This document shows, in pieces, positions 20,259 through 28,478 of a stretch of DNA of 64,000 nucleotides. Position numbers and translations under genes: made by a program. The DNA is taken from positions 124,001 to 188,000 of IMG/VR virus record IMGVR_UViG_3300003877_000001; one strand, 5' to 3'. A model generated the notes under the pieces. That model saw only the letters and a program-made list of their open reading frames with translations. It was not told where the DNA came from and ran no database searches. Every line of letters starts with the position of its first letter. Within the stretch, counting starts at the first letter, position 1.

Positions 20259-20285
20259 GTAACCTTTTTTACTTTTGCTACGTAT
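20259..20285 (+). promoter_or_regulatory. ECF-like promoter GTAAC-N17-CGTAT for tRNA array 2
   Basis: Recurrent motif. Confidence 0.7.
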
Positions 20286-20329
20286 TTATGAGAAACCAAA
20301 AAGGTTTAACAAATTATAAAAGAATAAAA

Positions 20330-20455
20330 ATGAAAAATAACAATACATATATTAGTCGAATTTCGAATCTACTCACATCGAGTATATGTGGGAATGGTAC
20401 GTTTAATGGTAGACGTGCTAAGATCGGGTCTAATGTTGATATTGTAATTTCATAA
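20330..20455 (+). CDS. attenuator leader peptide MKNNNTYISRISNLLTSSICGNGTFNGRRAKIGSNVDIVIS
   Basis: Codons mirror the downstream anticodons; 20421-20438 is complementary to 20473-20489. Confidence 0.8.
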   Translation: MKNNNTYISRISNLLTSSICGNGTFNGRRAKIGSNVDIVIS

Positions 20456-20477
20456 AATATAATATAAACAAACAACA

Positions 20478-20511
20478 GAAACCCGATCTCATAAAGAGTT
20501 CGGGTTTTTTT
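20478..20511 (+). terminator. intrinsic terminator of attenuator 2
   Basis: AAACCCGATCTC-ataaa-GAGTTCGGGTTT followed by a T run. Confidence 0.85.
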
Positions 20512-20602
20512 ATTGTTAAAAATGAACAAAAGAGTTTATTTAAAGTTTGATGTTTTAAATAGTGTGGGTACTGACGTATCAGGTAAATGCCCACACTAAT
20601 TA

Positions 20603-20677
20603 GGTCTTGTTAGTTTAGTTGGTTATAATACCACACTGGTACTGTGGAGACTGCGGTTCGAATCCGCAACAGGACTC
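20603..20677 (+). tRNA. tRNA-Thr(GGT), atypical
   Basis: GGTCTTG/CAGGACT; CCACA-ctGGTac-TGTGG. Confidence 0.65.
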
Positions 20678-20807
20678 TTAATAAAAAGTTATTTGACGTA
20701 TTGAACATTAAATGAAATGAAAACTAAGTGAAATTTTAATGTTATTTAGTTTTCAAAAATAATCTATTTTAAATCAGTTTTTATTTCATTTCGTAATATT
20801 TATTATT

Positions 20808-21492
20808 ATGAAATGGAATAAAAACGAAATAGATTACTGTAAAGAAAAATTTTCTAATGGAGAATCTCTAATTGATATTAGTAATGAATTAAATAGAACA
20901 ACAAAAGCAATTCAAATTAAAATGAGTCGATTAGGTGTTTTTAGACCACAAAAAAAATATTATATGACCTATATTTGTGGAAATTGTAAAACAACATTTA
21001 CTGCATTAATAAGTGAGAAAAGAAAATATTGTTCTGAACAATGTGCATCAATAATAAATAATAAAAAAAGAAAAAAAATGTAAACGTTGTAAGCAAACAA
21101 TTAATAATAATAATAACATTTATTGTAGTAAAAAATGTGAAATGTCAAACAAAGAAAATTATTATTTTACTAAAATAGAAAATAATGATTTAAATGATAT
21201 TAATCATAATACAGCAGAAAGATGGGTTAAAAGATATTTAATTCACAAATATGGTGAAAAATGTATGAAATGTGGTTGGAGTGAAATTCATAAAATAACA
21301 AAAAAAGTGCCGATCCAATTAAACCATATTAATGGTGATTCAGATAATAATAATTTATTAAATGTTGAGTTACTTTGCCCTAATTGTCATTCATTAACAC
21401 ATAATTTTGGATCATTAAATTTTGGTAATGGTAGAACAAAAAGAAAATTAGAGAGAAATAAAAGATATAAAAAAGTTAGCGTGTCCGATTGA
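20808..21492 (+). pseudogene. HNH endonuclease split by a frameshift in an A-run (ORFs 20808-21083 and 21142-21492)
   Basis: Second frame is open from 21079 (CKRC..YCSKKC); QLNHING..N...LLCPNCH; stop codon lies inside tRNA-Cys. Confidence 0.7.
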
Positions 21493-21545
21493 TAAGGTGG
21501 ATGGTTGCAACCCATTTTATGCAGGTTTGAATCCTGTCGCTAACT
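21475..21545 (+). tRNA. tRNA-Cys(GCA)
   Basis: GTTAGCG/CGCTAAC, U73; GATGG-ttGCAac-CCATT. Confidence 0.85.
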
Positions 21546-21665
21546 CTAATTATACCGAATTCGGTATAAATAAAATCATAGTAATGTAATGACCTCAAAA
21601 GTCATTTTGTTACTATGAATAAACATCGGGGATGATATACTATTTTATCGTAGTACCCCGTCCAT

Positions 21666-21737
21666 GCGAATATAGTATAATGGCTATTATATGATCCTTC
21701 CAAGTTCGAGATGTCGGTTCGATTCCGACTATTCGCT
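21666..21737 (+). tRNA. tRNA-Gly(TCC)
   Basis: GCGAATA/TATTCGC, U73; loop ctTCCaa. Confidence 0.85.
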
Positions 21738-21807
21738 CAAAGTTGCTATTCATATCTACTTAATGACTTCATAAGTCATTTCAATGATACAAATAACAAC
21801 AAAACAT

Positions 21808-21890
21808 GCCCTATTGGTGGAACAGTAGACACGCTGGTTTTAGAAGCCAGTGTCAGAAATGGCGTGTAGGTGCAAATCCTACATAGGGTA
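21808..21890 (+). tRNA. tRNA-Leu(TAG)
   Basis: CTGGT-ttTAGaa-GCCAG; long V-arm. Confidence 0.88.
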
Positions 21891-21951
21891 CTAATAACGT
21901 AAAATATAATTTACAATAACATACATAATTGTAAATTATATTTAATCATAT

Positions 21952-22034
21952 GCCCATATGATGGAACGGTAGACATGCCACACTAAGAACGTGGTGTTAG
22001 AAATGACGTGTAGGTTCAAATCCTACTATGGGTA
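21952..22034 (+). tRNA. tRNA-Leu(AAG)
   Basis: GCCCATA/TATGGGT; loop ctAAGaa; long V-arm. Confidence 0.82.
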
Positions 22035-22146
22035 CAATCCTGAGTACAGGTTAACTCTGTGATGTTGTGTGACATATAAGTTTAGAGGTTGAGAAATCAA
22101 TACGGCTTCAATGAGAGAATAACGTAATTTATTCAAAGTCACAATT

Positions 22147-22218
22147 GCTCTTGTAGTTCAACGGTTAGAATATGTGGCTTATATCCACCAGACGAAGGTT
22201 CGACTCCTTCCAAGAGTA
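22147..22218 (+). tRNA. tRNA-Ile(TAT)
   Basis: GCTCTTG/CAAGAGT; GTGG-ctTATat-CCAC. Confidence 0.8.
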
Positions 22219-22224
22219 CTAAAG

Positions 22225-22297
22225 GATGGTGTAGCACAAAGGCAGGTGCACTTGACTGTTAATCAAGAATATGTGGGTTCGACCCCCACCGCCATCG
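22225..22297 (+). tRNA. tRNA-Asn(GTT)
   Basis: CTTGA-ctGTTaa-TCAAG; G73. Confidence 0.88.
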
Positions 22298-22302
22298 CAT
22301 AT

Positions 22303-22374
22303 TGTCTCGTAGTATAACGGTTAGTATAATTGCCTGATACGCAATAGATAAGGGTTCGATTCCCTTCGAGACTA
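22303..22374 (+). tRNA. tRNA-Ile(GAT)
   Basis: ATTGC-ctGATac-GCAAT. Confidence 0.85.
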
Positions 22375-22436
22375 CAAAAATTAATTAAAACCTTTAACGA
22401 ATCGAACTTTTTTTATTTTTTTCAGTATTTATATAT

Positions 22437-22850
22437 ATGAAAAAAACATGTACTATTTGTAATATAAAAAAAGATTTTGAAGAATTCTCTTGGAGAAATA
22501 AAAGTAAAAATATTAAACATTCACAATGTAAAGATTGTAAGAAAATTATCGATAATAAACATTATAGTGTTTCGAAAAAAAGAAGAGAAGATATTAGAAT
22601 TAGGTCAAAAATTCATTATAATTTTCTTAGAGAATATATAAAAAGATTAAAATTATTTGGCGAATGTAATGTGTGTGGAGAAAAAAGATGGTATGTTTTA
22701 GATTTTCACCATATAAATGAAAAAAATGAAAATATTAGTTTTTTAGTTAAAAGTGGAGTATCTATTTTTACATTAAAATCTGAAATTAGAAAATGTGAAT
22801 TGGTTTGTTCTAATTGTCATAGAGAAATCCATCATTTTAAAAAAAAATAA
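22437..22850 (+). CDS. HNH endonuclease with Zn-finger (same family as 2655-3092)
   Basis: CxxC; LDFHH...EIRKC.LVCSNCH. Confidence 0.8.
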   Translation: MKKTCTICNIKKDFEEFSWRNKSKNIKHSQCKDCKKIIDNKHYSVSKKRREDIRIRSKIHYNFLREYIKRLKLFGECNVCGEKRWYVLDFHHINEKNENISFLVKSGVSIFTLKSEIRKCELVCSNCHREIHHFKKK

Positions 22851-22853
22851 TTT

Positions 22854-22925
22854 GGGATAGTAACTCACTGGTAGAGTGTCGTTTTGAAGCAGCGAAGGTA
22901 GTAGGTTCGATTCCTACCTGTCCCA
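22854..22925 (+). tRNA. tRNA-Phe(GAA)
   Basis: GGGATAG/CTGTCCC; TCGTT-ttGAAgc-AGCGA. Confidence 0.8.
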
Positions 22926-22982
22926 CAAAGGATGTTTCTTTTATTGAAAAATGATATCAAAGTAAATGAAAGCTAAGTCCAT

Positions 22983-23055
22983 AGTGATGTAGTTTAGAGG
23001 TCAAAACGCCACTCAGAGATAGTGGAAATCGGTAGTTCGATCCTACCCATCACGA
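22983..23055 (+). tRNA. tRNA of undetermined identity (loop caGAGat, A33, short V-arm)
   Basis: GTGATG/CATCAC; CCACT/AGTGG; T-arm GGTAG-ttcgatc-CTACC. Confidence 0.55.
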
Positions 23056-23061
23056 CTAAAA

Positions 23062-23146
23062 GCCGATTTCGCATAGTGATCGATTGCACTGGTCTTGTAA
23101 ACCAGTAGGTTTATACCTCACGTCAGTTTGAATCTGACAATCGGCT
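23062..23146 (+). tRNA. tRNA-Thr(TGT) with long variable arm
   Basis: GCCGATT/AATCGGC; CTGGT-ctTGTaa-ACCAG; V-arm AGG-tttata-CCT. Confidence 0.82.
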
Positions 23147-23174
23147 CAAAAAATTGACTCAATGAGTCAAATAT

Positions 23175-23248
23175 TGTCTCGTAGTTCAACTGGTGAGAGC
23201 ACCACGCTGATAACGTGGAAGTTATGGGTTCGAATCCCATCGAGACAA
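23175..23248 (+). tRNA. tRNA-Ile(GAT)
   Basis: TGTCTCG/CGAGACA; CCACG-ctGATaa-CGTGG. Confidence 0.9.
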
Positions 23249-23321
23249 CTTCATAGATGCAGGTTCGAATCCTGTCTCTTCCTTCGGGGAGTGTGGTGTA
23301 ACTGGAAAGCATAATGGACTT
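23249..23321 (+). ncRNA. circularly permuted tRNA-like RNA (3' half, TTCG, 5' half)
   Basis: TTCAT-agat-GCAGG-ttcgaat-CCTGT-CTCTTCC-ttcg-GGGAGTG-tg-GTGT-aactggaaa-GCAT-a-ATGGA-ctt. Confidence 0.75.
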
Positions 23322-23411
23322 AGAGGGTTGGCAGAGTCTGGCTTATTGTACTAGTCTTGAAAACTAGCATACGTTCATAGCGTATCGTGGGTTCGAATCC
23401 CACACCCTCTG
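23322..23411 (+). tRNA. tRNA-Ser(TGA)
   Basis: AGAGGGT/ACCCTCT, G73; CTAGT-ctTGAaa-ACTAG; long V-arm. Confidence 0.9.
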
Positions 23412-23416
23412 CATTT

Positions 23417-23489
23417 GATTTGGTAGTAATAATGGTAAAACGTCAGCCAGTTAAGTTGATAGATGTAGGTTCGAATCCTACCCAAATCG
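23417..23489 (+). tRNA. tRNA-Asn(GTT), A33 variant
   Basis: GATTTGG/CCAAATC, G73; TCAGC-caGTTaa-GTTGA. Confidence 0.7.
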
Positions 23490-23562
23490 CAAACAAATGT
23501 TTTATTGATAAATAAATATTTTGTTAACGTATAAGTAGACGTACTTATATAGGAGTTGTTTT

Positions 23563-23632
23563 ATGTAAATAGCATAATGGCAATGCAGCACCATAAAAGG
23601 TGTGTATGTAGGTTCGATTCCTATTTTACTAA
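23563..23632 (+). pseudogene. degenerate tRNA (6-nt anticodon loop)
   Basis: D- and T-arms present; GCACC-ataaaa-GGTGT; mispaired top of acceptor. Confidence 0.5.
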
Positions 23633-23650
23633 AACAACTATAACAATTAT

Positions 23651-23723
23651 ATTTTCGTAGTTCAATGGATAAGAACATACAAGTGCGAATTGTAAGATAT
23701 GGGTTCGAATCCCATCGAAAATA
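23651..23723 (+). tRNA. tRNA-Arg(GCG)
   Basis: ATTTTCG/CGAAAAT; TACAA-gtGCGaa-TTGTA. Confidence 0.8.
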
Positions 23724-23771
23724 CTATTTTTTTAAAATTGAAACGTATTTATATGTATAAGCGTTTTAATT

Positions 23772-24461
23772 ATGATTAAATATGAAAAAAAAAGATTAGA
23801 ATTAATTGTTTCTAAATCAGAAACATATAGACAGGTATTGTTAGCATTTGAACGAAACACTTCATCTGCATCATATAAAATTTTAAAAAGAAAATTAAAA
23901 GAATGGAATATTTCCATTGATCATTTTCTTTCTAGTAAAGATGTTGTACATAAATTACAAAAAGAGGGTAAATTAATAAAATATTCTGATGACGATATTT
24001 TTAAAAAATCTAATATTGGTAGAGGTACTGTTAAGAAACGATTTTTAACGAAAGTAGAAAAGAAATGTGTTTTATGTGGGCAAGATGAAAATTGGAATGG
24101 CATGAAAATATCTTTAATAATGGATCATAAAAATGGAATTAATATTGATCATAGATTTGAAAATTTAAGATTACTTTGCCCTAATTGTAATGCAGGAATA
24201 CCTACACATTGTAAAGGTAATATTGGTATTTTAAATAATATAAACAAACAAATTAAATTAAACAATAAAATAGATAAAAGAACCTTATATAATGGAGTTG
24301 GAAAACCTAAACAACGCAAAGTTGAAAGACCATCATACAATGAATTAATTAAAGATATTAACAATTTAGGATATTTAGGTACTGGTAGAAAATACGGTGT
24401 TAGTGACAATTCTATTAGAAAGTGGAAAAATTTTTATGAAAAACAAGCCTCTATGGTGTAA
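23772..24461 (+). CDS. HNH endonuclease with C-terminal HTH
   Basis: CVLCG..MDHKNG..NLRLLCPNCN; GRKYGVSDNSIRKW; 3' end overlaps tRNA-Arg. Confidence 0.85.
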   Translation: MIKYEKKRLELIVSKSETYRQVLLAFERNTSSASYKILKRKLKEWNISIDHFLSSKDVVHKLQKEGKLIKYSDDDIFKKSNIGRGTVKKRFLTKVEKKCVLCGQDENWNGMKISLIMDHKNGINIDHRFENLRLLCPNCNAGIPTHCKGNIGILNNINKQIKLNNKIDKRTLYNGVGKPKQRKVERPSYNELIKDINNLGYLGTGRKYGVSDNSIRKWKNFYEKQASMV

Positions 24462-24518
24462 AGGATAGCATTATTGTCTTCGAAACAAAAGGTCAGGGTT
24501 CAAATCCTTGTGGGGGTA
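24447..24518 (+). tRNA. tRNA-Arg(TCG)
   Basis: GCCTCTA/TGGGGGT; TTGT-ctTCGaa-ACAA. Confidence 0.82.
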
Positions 24519-24523
24519 CAATT

Positions 24524-24565
24524 GCGAGTGTGGTGCTAACGGTAACACATTTCCAATCACTCGCT
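24524..24565 (+). pseudogene. internally deleted tRNA-Gly (acceptor + D-arm only)
   Basis: GCGAGTG/CACTCGC-T with a D-arm and TTCCAA remnant; no T-arm. Confidence 0.55.
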
Positions 24566-24633
24566 CAAATAATATTTCAGCTAGATGAAATTTAAATGTG
24601 GAAACTACGTAACGGTTTAAACAGTTATTTAAT

Positions 24634-24707
24634 GCGAGTAACGCATAAATGGTGGTGCACCTGCTTGCCAAGCAGGAATAGAGTCGGTTCAATCCCGATT
24701 ACTCGCT
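24634..24707 (+). tRNA. tRNA-Gly(GCC)
   Basis: GCGAGTA/TACTCGC; CCTGC-ttGCCaa-GCAGG. Confidence 0.88.
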
Positions 24708-24772
24708 CTAATTCAAGTGTTTAATGATTGCAAATCATAGCAGACCTTCCAAGTCATGGCTTGAGTTTTTAT

Positions 24773-24844
24773 GGTGCAGTAACTCAGGGGTAGAGTGGTT
24801 GATTGAAGATCAACTGGACGTTGGTTCGAATCCAACCTGCACCA
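24773..24844 (+). tRNA. tRNA-Phe(GAA)
   Basis: GGTGCAG/CTGCACC; GTTGA-ttGAAga-TCAAC. Confidence 0.9.
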
Positions 24845-24849
24845 CAAAC

Positions 24850-24922
24850 AGGGGATTAGTGTAATGGATTAGCACATGATTCTTCTAAAATTAGAGTATG
24901 AGTTCGAATCTCATATCCCCTA
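24850..24922 (+). tRNA. tRNA-Arg(TCT)
   Basis: AGGGGAT/ATCCCCT; TGATT-ctTCTaa-AATTA. Confidence 0.82.
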
Positions 24923-24989
24923 CTATGGTTGTTCGATTATACTTTCAAGTATTTTTTATGCATTAGTTAGAAGTAGAGCAAGAAGTAAA

Positions 24990-25100
24990 GCAAAAAAATT
25001 AGGTATGAATAAATGTGTTATATGTGGTTATGATAAACAATGAAAGTAATTTAATTCCTTTGTGTCGTAATGATCATTGGGAATATGATTATAATATGTT
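24990..25100 (+). pseudogene. HNH endonuclease remnant
   Basis: NKCVICGYDKQ* ... NLIPLCRNDHWEYD. Confidence 0.55.
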
Positions 25101-25113
25101 AAATATATAATAT

Positions 25114-25185
25114 GTCCGTATGGTGTAACGAATAGCACATAATGCTTCTAACATTAGAGTCGGGGTTTGATTCCCTGTACGGATA
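25114..25185 (+). tRNA. tRNA-Arg(TCT)
   Basis: GTCCGTA/TACGGAT; TAATG-ctTCTaa-CATTA. Confidence 0.82.
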
Positions 25186-25317
25186 CAAAGTCACGTTAAG
25201 TATGATTTAATGAATAAAAGGACAAGGGTTAACACTTGGTATGTGAGATAATCACATTTTACTGGACTTTTTTTGGAAATTTTGTAACATAAATACATTA
25301 TATGCGTATAACAGCAT

Positions 25318-25734
25318 ATGCCATCAGGAAAAACACATGATATTAGCTCAATAGCATTATTGCCGATTTTATTAATTGGGTTATACTATCTTAAATTGGA
25401 AACTTTACCAATAATTCTAATAATTATAGGGTATTTATTTTCTAGTTTTATGTTTAATGGAGATTTAGACATTAATAGTAGACCATACAATAGATGGTTA
25501 TGGTTAAGAATAATATGGTTACCATACCAAGGATTTTTTTCACATAGAAGTATATGGACACACGGTATTATTATTGGAACAGTAGTAAGGTTACTATATA
25601 TTTCACCAATATTAATACCAATTACAACATATTTTAATTATATAGATTATATAACAATAGAACAAACATTATTTATAGTATTAGGATTAGAATTAGGTTC
25701 TTCATTACATTCAATAATGGATTATTTGTTTTAA
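25318..25734 (+). CDS. DUF2227-like membrane metal-binding protein
   Basis: MPSGKTHD, DLDI.S, W.PY..F.HRS..THG. Confidence 0.75.
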   Translation: MPSGKTHDISSIALLPILLIGLYYLKLETLPIILIIIGYLFSSFMFNGDLDINSRPYNRWLWLRIIWLPYQGFFSHRSIWTHGIIIGTVVRLLYISPILIPITTYFNYIDYITIEQTLFIVLGLELGSSLHSIMDYLF

Positions 25735-25775
25735 AGTAATTTAAAACAAATATTATATAAAACATAAAATAGTGT

Positions 25776-26300
25776 ATGGAATTTAATGAATCAAAAAAAT
25801 CGGGAGATATTATTGAAGAAGAAGTATTAAAAATAATACATCAAAAATATCCTAAAGCAGAAACAACTAAACACTTAGGTAAATTTAGTGATTATGATAT
25901 TTGGATACCTGAAATTAATGATGGTATTGAAGTTAAGGGTGATTATATGTCAGCTAAAACAGGTAATCTTGTTATTGAAGTAGAAATGGGTAGTAAATTA
26001 TCTGCACTGTCAGTAACAAAAGCAAAATATTGGGTTTTTGTTGAAGGGTATAGATATATTTGGATAAGTCCATTAGATATTTATCGTTTTCTTGAACAAC
26101 ATCCATATAATAGAGTACCATTTATTGGTAAAGGTGATACTACTGAAAAATTTGCGTATTTAGTTTCACATAGAAGATTTTGTGATTATGTACTTCAGGT
26201 TGGTAGAATAGAATTTATAGATAAAAATTCTCCATTATATTTCGATAGTTTTAGTAATATGGATGATGAATTAAAATTAAATAATAAAATAAAGCCATAG
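25776..26300 (+). CDS. PD-(D/E)XK nuclease-like protein
   Basis: YDI...IEVKGD..TGNLVIE. Confidence 0.65.
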   Translation: MEFNESKKSGDIIEEEVLKIIHQKYPKAETTKHLGKFSDYDIWIPEINDGIEVKGDYMSAKTGNLVIEVEMGSKLSALSVTKAKYWVFVEGYRYIWISPLDIYRFLEQHPYNRVPFIGKGDTTEKFAYLVSHRRFCDYVLQVGRIEFIDKNSPLYFDSFSNMDDELKLNNKIKP

Positions 26301-26318
26301 GTATTTATAAAATAAAAT

Positions 26319-26405
26319 AGAGGATTGGCAGAGTGGTAATGCAGTAGTTTGCTAAACTATACATCGTGTAAAAGCGGTGCGTGGGTTCGAGTCCCACATC
26401 CTCTA
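26319..26405 (+). tRNA. tRNA-Ser(GCT)
   Basis: AGAGGAT/ATCCTCT; GTAGT-ttGCTaa-ACTAT; long V-arm. Confidence 0.88.
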
Positions 26406-26625
26406 CATGAAAAATAATATTCAATACGTTGATTATAATGAAGCTCAATTTAGATACATGGATAAACTCTATGGTATGAATAAACCACAAAGTTTTATAA
26501 AAAAACTAATCAATGCAGCCAAAGAAAGAGGTAGATTAACAAAAGACCAAGACTATTACTTAATGTACTATCTACAAAAGGGTCAAACACCTTATGATGC
26601 AAAACTCTTGCCAAACAATATATAA

Positions 26626-27480
26626 ATGAATTTAAAAATTATTAATGCCACATATGGGAGTAATAATGTTACTAAACAATTAAATGATTTTATTAAAAAT
26701 AATTTTTTAATTATAAAAGCAAATAACACTATATTTGGTGATTCTGATATTGGTGTTTTAAAAACACTTAAAATTGAATATAGTTATAATAATATAATTT
26801 ATAATGTTAGTATTCTTGAAAATGAAACAATTAAAATACCTCAAAGTAAATCAGATCGTTTAGGTATATTTTATACGAATAATGATATTGATAATAAAAT
26901 TTTAAATAAATCATTAGAATCAATAAAAATCGCAAGTAGTAAAAACAACGTAGAAATTTTAACGTCAGTATGGTTACCAATAAAAAATAACCCTTTTCAT
27001 GAAATAATGTCAATGTATAAAGTATCTTCACATTTTAATATTGCATTTCAAATTCTCACATTACTTTTAAATGCAAAAAAAATCAATAAAGATTTTAAAT
27101 ATGTATCATTTTTAGAACATGATGTTATATATGGTGAAAATTATTTCATGTATGATGATTTTGAATGTGAAGTTATCTCCAATGAAAATTTTATTGGTTT
27201 TAAAGATGGTTTCCAAGATAAAATACAACAAGATCAACCATTACATGAATTGACGATGAATTTTAATTATGCTATTGGACATTTTAGTGAAATATTAATT
27301 GAATATATAATTGGTGAAAATGTATTAGAACCACAAGTTCATTATATAAAATGGTATTCTAAAGAACCATCTGTTCATATAAATCATGGGAAAAATTTTA
27401 CATCACACTATAATATATATTCTAAAAAAATTAATGAGAACAATAAATATTGGGGTAACTACAAAACATTTTTAAATTAA
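26626..27480 (+). CDS. lectin-like N-terminal domain plus glycosyltransferase-like domain
   Basis: IINATYG..N..FGD..G..K.L.I.Y; FLEHDVIY; INHGKNFT. Confidence 0.5.
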   Translation: MNLKIINATYGSNNVTKQLNDFIKNNFLIIKANNTIFGDSDIGVLKTLKIEYSYNNIIYNVSILENETIKIPQSKSDRLGIFYTNNDIDNKILNKSLESIKIASSKNNVEILTSVWLPIKNNPFHEIMSMYKVSSHFNIAFQILTLLLNAKKINKDFKYVSFLEHDVIYGENYFMYDDFECEVISNENFIGFKDGFQDKIQQDQPLHELTMNFNYAIGHFSEILIEYIIGENVLEPQVHYIKWYSKEPSVHINHGKNFTSHYNIYSKKINENNKYWGNYKTFLN

Positions 27481-28478
27481 ATTTATTATATTTGTAATAT
27501 GAAAAGAGAAAACATAGTCCTCACCAATGAAGAAGGTGAATTTGCATTAACAATAATGTATCCAATGTCGGGTGAATATGAAGGAAGAATATTCGTTTTA
27601 TATGAAGATGCATGGGGTGATGCAGACCTTAAAATAATGACCCCTAAAGCAGTTGCAAAGAACTACAATGTTAGTTTAGAGGAAATTAATGTATTTATAG
27701 AGACTGTAAAAAAAGAAAAAACAAATGTAAATGAAAAATAATTTTAAATTAAAGTAATAAATAAACAAGAAGCTGTTGATAAAGCCAATTCTTTAACGTA
27801 TCTTGCAGATATGAAACAGAATAATAAGGGGGAGTGTAATGCACCCCATTAATTTAATTAATATGAAAAAAGTAAGAATCGAAATACCTTTAGATTTTGC
27901 CGTTGAAATTGCAACATACGGTGAATCAGGTACAATCTCAAGATTTGTTCAAATGTCTATTGAAAAAGAATTAACTAGACTTGGTTATAATAAAGAACTA
28001 GATATTGCTAGAGAAGAAAAAACTAAAAAATTGTTTAATTCATTAAATAAAACACTTGGATCAGATTCTGTGAATAAAATTCAAAAGGCAATAAAAATTG
28101 GTACTGATGCAATAAAAGTATCTAATAGAATGAACGACAATAATTAATATTATGGGAAGAGTAAATGATTTAATTTTATGTGAATGTCATTGTGATGAAC
28201 ATCAAATGATTTTTAAATATGATAAAGAACCTGAATGGGAAAATGTTTTTATATCGTATTACTTACAAAGTGACACATTTTGGGGGAGAATAAAAACAGC
28301 AATTAAATATATTTTTGGTTATAAATCAAGATATGGTGATTTTGGGGAAATTATTTTAGAGCCAAATAAAGATACTGTTGAAAAGTTTGAAAATGTTGTA
28401 AAACATTTAAAATTGGTTATGAAAACCCAAGAAGAAAAAAGAGAACGAATTAAAAACAAATTATAGTATGATTATAGT

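Noticed and set aside
20255-20329. Longer start for leader 2 as given in the ORF track
   Set aside because: It overlaps the promoter motif; ATG 20330 has the A-rich context typical of this genome
22036-22145. Hammerhead or other ribozyme in a tRNA spacer (also 53200-53240)
   Set aside because: Could not assemble the CUGAnGA/GAAA core with three stems
23118-26490. ORFs 23118-23312, 24471-24692, 26305-26490 and the 26377 start
   Set aside because: They overlap tRNA genes; the last gene more plausibly starts at ATG 26407
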